A DNA stretch of 8,243 nucleotides from assembly GCA_051530055.1 (NCBI GenBank), contig JBMGUZ010000088.1, positions 1 through 8,243 of the forward strand, given 5' to 3'. The translations under genes and the position numbers were made by a program. The notes below the pieces were generated by a model. That model did no database searches. It saw only the letters and a program-made list of their open reading frames with translations, and was not told where the DNA came from. This DNA is from Neoechinorhynchus agilis. Its lineage: Eukaryota > Animalia > Acanthocephala. Positions 1 through 6,900 of the stretch are shown here, one piece after another; position 1 is the first letter of the stretch; the number at the start of each line of letters is the position of its first letter.

Positions 1-60
1 GATCTTACAGCAACTTTTGTCATATAAGCAGTGATTGTTTCATAATCGCACAAGCTGTAC
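1..60 (-). other. Start of Sec23/Sec24 helical domain (truncated by window edge)
   Basis: VYSLCDYETITAYMTKVAVR follows the beta-sandwich, where Sec24C/D has the equivalent helical-domain start. The boundary is approximate. Confidence 0.7.
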
Positions 61-3000
61 ACTTTCGGTAGGCTAGAAACTGTTGGAAGGGTTAAATTGT
101 GGACTCGAATAAGTCGAACACCTCCGACACTGGTGTACAACAGAGCCACTTGAATGAATCCCATTGAATCATCCGGGATTTTATCATCGTGTTTAAGTTC
201 AACGAAAACGCCCGTATCGCAGTCCATAACACCGAATTCCATTTCCGTGGATGTCCTCATCTCAATATTTCCGATAAAATCAGTAGCTCGTAATCCCGTA
301 CTTGTTCTGACCCTCATGATTGCATCGTAGGCGGAAACTCGGCTAATTGAGCGAGTTAGATCCGACATGAGCCGGAAACTATCCGTTTCTGCAGTAAAGT
401 ACCGGTACAGGTGGAGATGACCATTGGTCACTCGGCACACTTCGCCAAGAGTGCTTACATCTATAAATTGGTTCGGGAAGAGGAAAAGCTCAACACTGCA
501 ACCGACTTCGATACAATTAGCTCCGAGATCAGAGTAGACTTTGTTTCCTGGAGAAATGATGTTCTTTTCTTTATCTGTCCCCAAAGCTCGTTGATCATTT
601 CGCTTCGATGAACACTCGGGTGTCACCGAGGCGTTCATAACAAACAATTTGCCAACTTTTTGTGATTGTTTAAGAAGCTCACATCCAGCGCGGATTGCAC
701 AAGTAAGAGCACTTGCTTCAGTCGACTGATTTTGTTCATACATTATAGGAAGTTTTTCAAGAATCGGTTTTAGTCGAGATTCGATTTCTGTAGAACTGAT
801 AAATAGATCGTCTGATAGAGGAAGGAAAATAGAAGATGTGTCCGCCAAAACCATACAATCAACATCTCCATCTTTCGAATGAAAGAAATGAAGCCGTGAG
901 TCGTATCCAATTACACAAACACTAACGGGAGACACTCGTGGACCGCCTTCTTGTTGTTTATAAGGATCAAGAGGCAAATGAGTGAGCACAGCACCTGATA
1001 AATTCTCACAAAAGACTTTTAAAAGTCCACTACGGACGCTCGCGTAAGTTAAATCGATCAGAAACACAAAAGCAGCACTCTTTGGTTCTACGCCCTTCTT
1101 GCAGTACTCAGAAGTCGCCATGATTTCATATGAAAAACGGCAAAGCTCGGGACGACTAGAATGATCTGTTCTTTTCCCATCAAAATCAGTGTGTGCAAAG
1201 TACTCACCGGGAGTTTCGGAAGTTTGATCACACATTGGACATTGAAATCGATTTCCACCGTCCTGAAACTTCATCCAAGGACACATATACGCCTGACATC
1301 TCGAACACCTCACTGGGATTACCGGAAATCGAGTACATGCCAAAGGTTCTTCGGCTGGATTTGGCTCTGCCATTGGCGTCAAAGCTAACGCAAATGGAAT
1401 CTGCGATTGCTTTAAAATATCGCTCGATGTAGGAATCCCGTAGATGCTCGATCGGACGTATCGTGGGTTGCAATTGCCTGTATCGTAAAAAGCTACATTG
1501 TCAAGTATAATGGCTAGAGGAGGAATGGGTTCGGATGGCGAAACCGTTGGTTGGATCGTATTCGTGTATTTGGCATTCGCGGCTTGTTTAATCGCAGTGT
1601 AACTTGGAAGTTGTTCCGGATTCAGAAACTTCTGAGGTTGAGGAGCCGATGAGAACGGAGCTGAAGACGACTGGAATTGCTGCTGAACTCCACTTGGATA
1701 AGCATGATGGAATTGTTGTCCTACAGAACCAAATGGAGCAGTGGGCGGGTGTTGAGATCCGAATGCTGGTGATGATCCACATGGAAAAGGCTGATTTGCA
1801 GATTGTTGCTCTAGTGGAAATGGTACCGGCTGACTGGTGGGAGCAGGCGGTGCGAATGGCCCCCGCGGTACCGAAAAGGATTGTTGTGTTGAAAACGGAG
1901 CTTGCGACTGCATTGGGAAAGTCGACTGCGAAGGATATAGTTGTTGATGATGGAACTCTTGACCTTGCTGCTGCTGCTGCGCTGGATATGCTGAAGTGTG
2001 ACTTTGTAGAGGCGCAAATGGCATCGATTGACTTATTTGTTGTGTTGCAAGAAAATGTGGTTGTTGACCTGTTAGCTGCTGCTGAAATGGAATCGGACCT
2101 TGTTGCTGTGCTGGATATGTCGAAGGGTGACTTTGTTGACCAGACAGTGGAAATTGTTGACTTATTTGTTGTTGTTGTCCAGTTAGTAAAGATTGTTGAT
2201 CAGATTGCTGCTGGGGTTGTGGTGGTGGTAGTGGTGGTGGAAATGGTGTAGATTCACTGCGAGGCACTGAAAATGGCCATTGTTGACCTACTTGTTGTTT
2301 ATTGATCGGATCTCTATCGATGGCTGGCTGCTGAGGCGGAGAAGGCATTGGTCCGCCTTGCGTGGCGGAAAATGGAGTTTGTTGTTGTTGTTGCGATGAG
2401 TAATGTGGCTGCTGTCCAGATTGTTGTTGCCGTGCAAATGTTCCAGATTGGCTTTGAGAAGAGGGAGGAAACATTGTAGGACGATCAGAATGCTGTCGTA
2501 AAGGGAAAGGTGCATTTTGACTTTGAGGACTTCCAAATGACTTCCCCTCATTGATTTGTTGACTTTTCATGAATCCAGCCGATGGTTCATTATTCTGTAG
2601 GACCACATTCTGGTCTCTTTCTTGCCCTGTAGTTTGGTGATTAAGAGAACTCGTTGATGGATCCATTGGAAATGTGGGCGGTCCAGCCAAAGCCTCATTA
2701 GATGGTTTATGTTGTCCATAAAGCTCTTGTGACTGAAATGGAAAGGATTGCATCTGTGGTTGCTGGTCCAATTGCGACGGTTGGTTTTGCTGCTGTATTT
2801 TGTATGTTTGTTGAGATGGAAACTCAGAAGGTTGCTGGGTGATGCCAAACATCGTTTGTTGTGGCGCAAAAGGTAAGCCAAAAGGAGCTGAAGATTGCAA
2901 TGATGAAGACTGTGTCTCAGTCTGACTATTTGATGTTTTCTGAGAAGGAAAATCTGAAGGTTGACTATGCAACGGATGATCGAGCGACATTCCAGGCAAG

Positions 3001-3665
3001 CTTTTCCATTTCTCTTGATTACTATTAGAAGGTGGCGCTCGAGACTGTTGAAGTCCAAAAGGAGTTTGTCGTCCGAAGGATTGACTTTCAAACGCAGATT
3101 GTTGTGGTGCCGGATGTCTTGCGAACGGCGCTTGTTGTTGAGGTGAATAAAACGGTGGCTTGTTCTGTTGTGGTTCAAAGTGTAATTGTTGTTGTTGTTG
3201 TCCGAACTGTGGATTAGTTGGTTCATTAAAAGGAATCTGCGGGTTTGTTTGGTTTACGGCTATCGAGGACGGAAATGATGGGTTTTGCGTCTGAAAAGGC
3301 AAAGACGATTGTTGTTTCCACATTTTATTCGAGTTCATCGACGCTTCCGTTTGTTCACCAGTCCGAGCACCAACGTTCATTGTTGTTTGTTGTGATGCAC
3401 CGGAAACGAACGGAGCATTTGTATCCGAGTTCGAGGAGAAAGGCTGCGGAGTTGCCCTGTTGACCATAAAAGAAGGCATTACTGGAGGTGGAACTGGAGC
3501 GGGCAAATGTGATCCAGAAAGCGACATTGATTCCATTTGAGCACTCAACTCCATTCCTGTCGACGAAACATGAGTTTGAGTGGGGTTTCCGGACTCACTT
3601 TCGTGAAACGGAAAGGACGATGGATTATTCGATTGCAATGCAGAAGGCCTATTCTGAGAAAACAT
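1..3665 (-). CDS. SEC24: Protein transport protein Sec24 (COPII inner-coat cargo adaptor), SEC24C/D-type; 3'-partial, continues beyond position 1
   Basis: Hand translation of the minus frame from ATG 3665-3663 (MFSQNRPSALQ...) gives 1221 codons with no stop. It contains hallmark Sec24 motifs: DTGNCNPRYVRSSIYGIP, PVRCSRCQAYMCPWMKFQDGGNRFQCPMC, RPELCRFSYEIMATSEYC, AFVFLIDLTY, LGTDKEK, YDAIMRVRTSTGLRATDFIG, VELKHDDK, QVALLYTSVGGVRLIRVHNLTL. Motifs such as GTDKEK, KHDD and AYMCP match the SEC24C/D clade as I recall it. The exact start depends on the 5' splicing model. Confidence 0.95.
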   Translation of the reverse strand, partial: MFSQNRPSALQSNNPSSFPFHESESGNPTQTHVSSTGMELSAQMESMSLSGSHLPAPVPPPVMPSFMVNRATPQPFSSNSDTNAPFVSGASQQTTMNVGARTGEQTEASMNSNKMWKQQSSLPFQTQNPSFPSSIAVNQTNPQIPFNEPTNPQFGQQQQQLHFEPQQNKPPFYSPQQQAPFARHPAPQQSAFESQSFGRQTPFGLQQSRAPPSNSNQEKWKSLPGMSLDHPLHSQPSDFPSQKTSNSQTETQSSSLQSSAPFGLPFAPQQTMFGITQQPSEFPSQQTYKIQQQNQPSQLDQQPQMQSFPFQSQELYGQHKPSNEALAGPPTFPMDPSTSSLNHQTTGQERDQNVVLQNNEPSAGFMKSQQINEGKSFGSPQSQNAPFPLRQHSDRPTMFPPSSQSQSGTFARQQQSGQQPHYSSQQQQQTPFSATQGGPMPSPPQQPAIDRDPINKQQVGQQWPFSVPRSESTPFPPPLPPPQPQQQSDQQSLLTGQQQQISQQFPLSGQQSHPSTYPAQQQGPIPFQQQLTGQQPHFLATQQISQSMPFAPLQSHTSAYPAQQQQQGQEFHHQQLYPSQSTFPMQSQAPFSTQQSFSVPRGPFAPPAPTSQPVPFPLEQQSANQPFPCGSSPAFGSQHPPTAPFGSVGQQFHHAYPSGVQQQFQSSSAPFSSAPQPQKFLNPEQLPSYTAIKQAANAKYTNTIQPTVSPSEPIPPLAIILDNVAFYDTGNCNPRYVRSSIYGIPTSSDILKQSQIPFALALTPMAEPNPAEEPLACTRFPVIPVRCSRCQAYMCPWMKFQDGGNRFQCPMCDQTSETPGEYFAHTDFDGKRTDHSSRPELCRFSYEIMATSEYCKKGVEPKSAAFVFLIDLTYASVRSGLLKVFCENLSGAVLTHLPLDPYKQQEGGPRVSPVSVCVIGYDSRLHFFHSKDGDVDCMVLADTSSIFLPLSDDLFISSTEIESRLKPILEKLPIMYEQNQSTEASALTCAIRAGCELLKQSQKVGKLFVMNASVTPECSSKRNDQRALGTDKEKNIISPGNKVYSDLGANCIEVGCSVELFLFPNQFIDVSTLGEVCRVTNGHLHLYRYFTAETDSFRLMSDLTRSISRVSAYDAIMRVRTSTGLRATDFIGNIEMRTSTEMEFGVMDCDTGVFVELKHDDKIPDDSMGFIQVALLYTSVGGVRLIRVHNLTLPTVSSLPKVYSLCDYETITAYMTKVAVR
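80..335 (-). other. Sec23/Sec24 beta-sandwich domain
   Basis: SAYDAIMRVRTSTGLRATDFIG...VELKHDDKI...IQVALLYTSVGGVRLIRVHNLTL. The RxR of MRVRTS is retained; these arginines are generally assigned to the cargo-binding B-site. Confidence 0.85.
340..1079 (-). other. Sec23/Sec24 trunk (vWA-like) domain
   Basis: Starts at SAAFVFLIDLTYASVRSGLL and runs through GCSVELFLFPNQFIDVSTLGEVCRVTNGHLHLYRYF to DLTRSISR. Boundaries are approximate. Confidence 0.85.
1230..1307 (-). other. Sec23/Sec24 zinc finger (C-x2-C-x18-C-x2-C)
   Basis: CSRC-QAYMCPWMKFQDGGNRFQ-CPMC, with 18 residues counted between the two Cys pairs. Confidence 0.9.
1632..3665 (-). other. Low-complexity Q/S/P/F-rich intrinsically disordered N-terminal region of Sec24 (~678 aa)
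   Basis: Translation is dominated by Q, S, P and F, with short poly-Q runs ((CAA)n/(CAG)n near 1967-1981, 2381-2393, 3187-3200) and a poly-Pro run at 2220-2240. It ends at KFLNPEQLPS, where Sec24C/D core homology begins. Confidence 0.85.
1961..2185 (-). repeat. Imperfect in-frame tandem duplication, period 129 bp (43 aa), within the Sec24 N-terminus
   Basis: gctggatatg occurs at 1981 and 2110; gacttatttgtt occurs at 2030 and 2159 (both 129 apart). Protein copies: QQISQQFPLSGQQSHPSTYPAQQQG and QQISQSMPFAPLQSHTSAYPAQQQQQG. Confidence 0.8.
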
Positions 3666-3803
3666 CTAAAACAATCGACCAATGAGAAACCGTTCCAGTC
3701 CAAAAAACCTCTGATAATAGGCAAAGTCGCTCAAAATGATTCTTTCGAATAAACCCCAAGCAAAGTTATTGGCTCCTCGTGTCGACCAATCATAATCGTC
3801 CAT
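3666..3803 (-). other. 45-codon upstream ORF in the Sec24 frame whose TAG directly precedes the Sec24 ATG
   Basis: ATG at 3803-3801 gives MDDYDWSTRGANNFAWGLFERIILSDFAYYQRFFGLERFLIGRLF, then TAG (3668-3666) ATG (3665-3663). The ORF is certainly present; whether it is translated is unknown. Confidence 0.45.
3675..3790 (+). promoter_or_regulatory. Two copies of TCGACCAAT (CCAAT-box-like, RRCCAATSR) at 3675-3683 and 3782-3790
   Basis: Exact 9-mer repeated 107 bp apart, in contexts GACCAATGAG and GACCAATCAT. Function is not established, and the proximal copy is only ~10 bp from the ATG. Confidence 0.25.
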
Positions 3804-3804
3804 C

Positions 3805-3832
3805 TTAAAATTTAAGAAGGATTTGAAAAAAA
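3805..3832 (-). repeat. Short inverted fragment of the satellite monomer
   Basis: The minus strand reads TTTTTTCAAATC-CTTCT-TAAATTTTAA, versus the satellite plus strand TTTTTTCAAATCTAAATTTTAA: 22 matching bases split by a 5-nt insertion. Confidence 0.45.
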
Positions 3833-3918
3833 TTGCCCCGAACATTCGGATTATGTTTTCTTACTCACCAAAAGAACTTCATTTGGGTTTCGCTTAAAAT
3901 AAAGCCAAACGATTCCCC

Positions 3919-6900
3919 TTTACATTGAATAAAAAACCATTTCAAATCTACATAATGACCCCCCAAAACTAATTGTGATTTCCTAAAAGAAAAAGACCGA
4001 ACAAAATCATTCTCAAAATATGCGATATCTTCTATTTATGTCGCAAAAAATTTAATTTTTCTTTTTAAATGGCATCATTTGACTTTTAAAAAAGGATATT
4101 TTTGAGATCCATTGTTTTTTCCGAGATATAAAATTCCGCTAACACTTTTAAAGCTGTGGGAACTTCTCAAAAACTGTCAGGAATAATTGAGGATAAGAAA
4201 TTAATAGGAGAATGTTATTGCCAATTAAAGTTCCAATTTAATAAAGGGACTTTATAGCGTGATTATCAGACCAAAAAAATCTTCGATGATTTACATTGAG
4301 TTAAAAAACGATGGGTTTTTTCAAATCTAAATTTTAATGACCCCCCAAAACTAATTGTGATTTCCTAAAAGAAAAAGACCGAACAAAATAATTCGCAAAA
4401 TACGCGATATATTTTATTAATGTCCCAAAAATTTAATTTTTCTTTTTAAATGGCATCATTTGACTTTTAAAAAAGGATATTTTTGAGATCCATTGTTTTT
4501 TCCGAGATATAGTAGTCTTGGCTAACACTTTTAAAGCTGTGGGAACTTCTCAAAAACTGTCAGGAATAATTGAGGATAAGAAATTAATAGGAGAATGTTA
4601 TTGCCAATTAAAGTTCCAATTTAATGGAGAGACTTTATAGCGTGATTATCAGACCAAAAAAATCTTCGATGATTTACATTGAGTTAAAAAACGATGGGTT
4701 TTTTCAAATCTACATTTTAATGACCCCCCAAAACTAATTGTGATTTCCTAAAAGAAAAAGACCGAACAAAATAATTCGCAAAATACGCGATATCTTTTAT
4801 TAATGTCCCATAAAATTTAATTTTTCTTTTTAAATGGCATCATTTGACTTTTAAAAAAGGATATTTTTGAGATCCATTCTTTTTTCCGAGATATAAAATT
4901 CCGCTAACACTTTTAAAGCTGTGGGAACTTCTCAAAAACTGTCAGGAATAATTGAGGATAAGAAATTAATAGGAGAATGTTATTGCCAATTAAAGTTCCA
5001 ATTTAATGGAGAGACTTTATAGCGTGATTATCAGACCAAAAAATCTTCGATGATTTACATTGAGTTAAAAAACGATGGGTTTTTCAAATCTAAACTTTAA
5101 TGACCCCCCAAAACTAATTGTGATTTCCTAAAAGAAAAAGACCGAACAAAATAATTCGCAAAATACGCGATATCTTTTATTTATGTCGCAAAAAATTTAA
5201 CTTTTCTTTTTAAATGGCATCATTTGCCTTTTAAAAAGGATATTTTTGACATCCATTGTTTTTTCCGAGATATAAAATTCCGCTAACACTTTTAAAGCTG
5301 TGGAACTTCTCAAAAACTGTCAGGAATAATTGAGGATAAGAAATTAATAGGAGAATGTTATTGCCACTTAAAGTTCCAATTTATCGGAGAGACTTTATAG
5401 CGTGATTATCAGACCAAAAAAATCTTCGATGATTTACATTGAGTTAAAAAACGATGGGTTTTTTCAAATCTACATTTTAATGACCCCCCAAAACTAATTG
5501 TGATTTCCTAAAAGAAAAAGATCGAACAAAATAATTCGCAAAATACGCGATATCTTCTATTTATGTCGCAAAAAATTTAATTTTTCTTTTTAAATGGCAT
5601 CATTTGACTTTTAAAAAAGGATATTTTTGAGATCCATTCTTTTTTCCGAGATATAAAATTCCGCTAACACTTTTAAAGCTGTGGGAACTTCTCAAAAACG
5701 ATCAGGAATAATTGAGGATAAGAAATTAATAGGAGAATGTTATTGCCAATTAAAGTTCCAATTTAATGGAGAGACTTTATAGCGTGATTATCAGACCAAA
5801 AAAGTCTTCGATGATTTACATTGAGTTAAAAAACGATGGGTTTTCTCAAATCTAAATTTTAATGACCCCCCAAAACTAATTGTGATTTTTAAAAAAGAAA
5901 AAAAGACCGAACAAAATAATTCGCAAAATACGCGATATATTTTATTAATGTCCCAAAAATTTAATTTTTCTTTTTAAATGGCATCATTTGACTTTTTAAA
6001 AAAGGATATTTTTGAGATCCATTGTTTTTTCCGGGAGATACAAAAAATTCCGCTAACACTTTTAAAGCTGTGGGAACTTCTCAAATACGATCAGGAATAA
6101 TTGATGATAAGAAATTAATAGGAGAATGTTATTGCCAATTAAAGTTCCAATTTAATAAAGGGACTTTATAGCGTGATTATCAGACAAAAAAAAATCTTCG
6201 ATGATTTACATTGAGTTAAAAAACGATGGGTTTTTTCAAATCTACATTTTAATGACCCCCCAAAACTAATTGTGATTTCCTAAAAGAAAAAGACCGAACA
6301 AAATAATTCGCAAAATACGCGATATCTTCTATTTATGTCGCAAAAAATTTAATTTTTCTTTTTAAATGGCATCATTTGACTTTTAAAAAAGGATATTTTT
6401 GAGATCCATTGTTTTTTCCGAGATATAAAAAATTCCGCTAACACTTTTAAAGCTGTGGGAACTTCTCAAAAACGGTCTGGAATAATTGAGGATAAGAAAT
6501 TAATAGGAGAATGTTATTGCCAATTAAAGTTCCAATTTAATGGAGAGACTTTATAGCGTGATTATCAGACCAAAAAAATCTTCGATGATTTACATTGAGT
6601 TAAAAAACGATGGGTTTTTTCAAACTAATTTTAATGACCCCCCAAAACTAATTGTGATTTCCTAAAAGAAAAAGATCGAACAAAATAATTCGCAAAATAC
6701 GCGATATATTTTATTAATGTCCCAAAAATTTAATTTTTCTTTTTAAATGGCATCATTTGACTTTTAAAAAAGGATATTTTAGAGATCCATTGTTTTTTCC
6801 GAGATATAAAATTCCGCTAACACTTTTAAAGCTGTGGGAACTTCTCAAAAACTGTCAGGAATAATTGAGGATAAGAAATTAATAGGAGAATGTTATTGCC

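Larger units (their letters stand above)
3666..3868 (-). other. Putative 5'-UTR spliceosomal intron (donor 3868 or 3864; acceptor 3804 or 3666)
   Basis: The minus strand reads TTTTG|GTGAGTAAGAAAA, giving overlapping GTGAGT and GTAAGA donors. Candidate acceptors are AAATTTTAAG|ATG (3804) and TTTCTCATTGGTCGATTGTTTTAG|ATG (3666, with a CTCAT branch-like motif). No transcript evidence. Confidence 0.5.

Noticed and set aside
411-1782. Short ORFs of 64-81 aa overlapping the Sec24 core
   Set aside because: They are off-frame or antisense to a strongly conserved Sec24 sequence and show no recognisable motifs.
2212-2240. G-quadruplex in the (GGT)n tract
   Set aside because: It has mostly GG runs and is fully explained by the poly-Pro codons on the opposite strand.
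1604-2251. 215-aa plus-strand ORF (V/A/L/D-rich)
   Set aside because: It is an antisense shadow of the CAA/CAG/CCA-rich Sec24 frame; the complementary codons (TTG, CTG, GTT, TGG) rarely give stops. No independent domain is recognisable.
2567-3226. 219-aa minus-strand ORF (N/H/L/R-rich) and the 2288-2551 and 1811-2017 ORFs
   Set aside because: These are alternative frames of the same low-complexity Sec24 region (CAA repeats read as AAC). The Sec24 frame is continuous, so no frameshift is needed.
3666-3668. Stop-codon reassignment (TAG = Gln) extending Sec24 upstream
   Set aside because: The 1221-codon, extremely Gln-rich frame contains no in-frame TAA or TAG, which would be expected in numbers if TAR encoded Gln. 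The standard code fits.
2961-3752. Short plus-strand ORFs of 61-72 aa
   Set aside because: They are antisense to the Sec24 N-terminal region, of chance length, with no supporting features.
4206-4241. Shine-Dalgarno-like AGGAG-A-ATG in each monomer
   Set aside because: The spacing is only 1 nt, the ORF is 9 codons (MLLPIKVPI) and the locus is eukaryotic.
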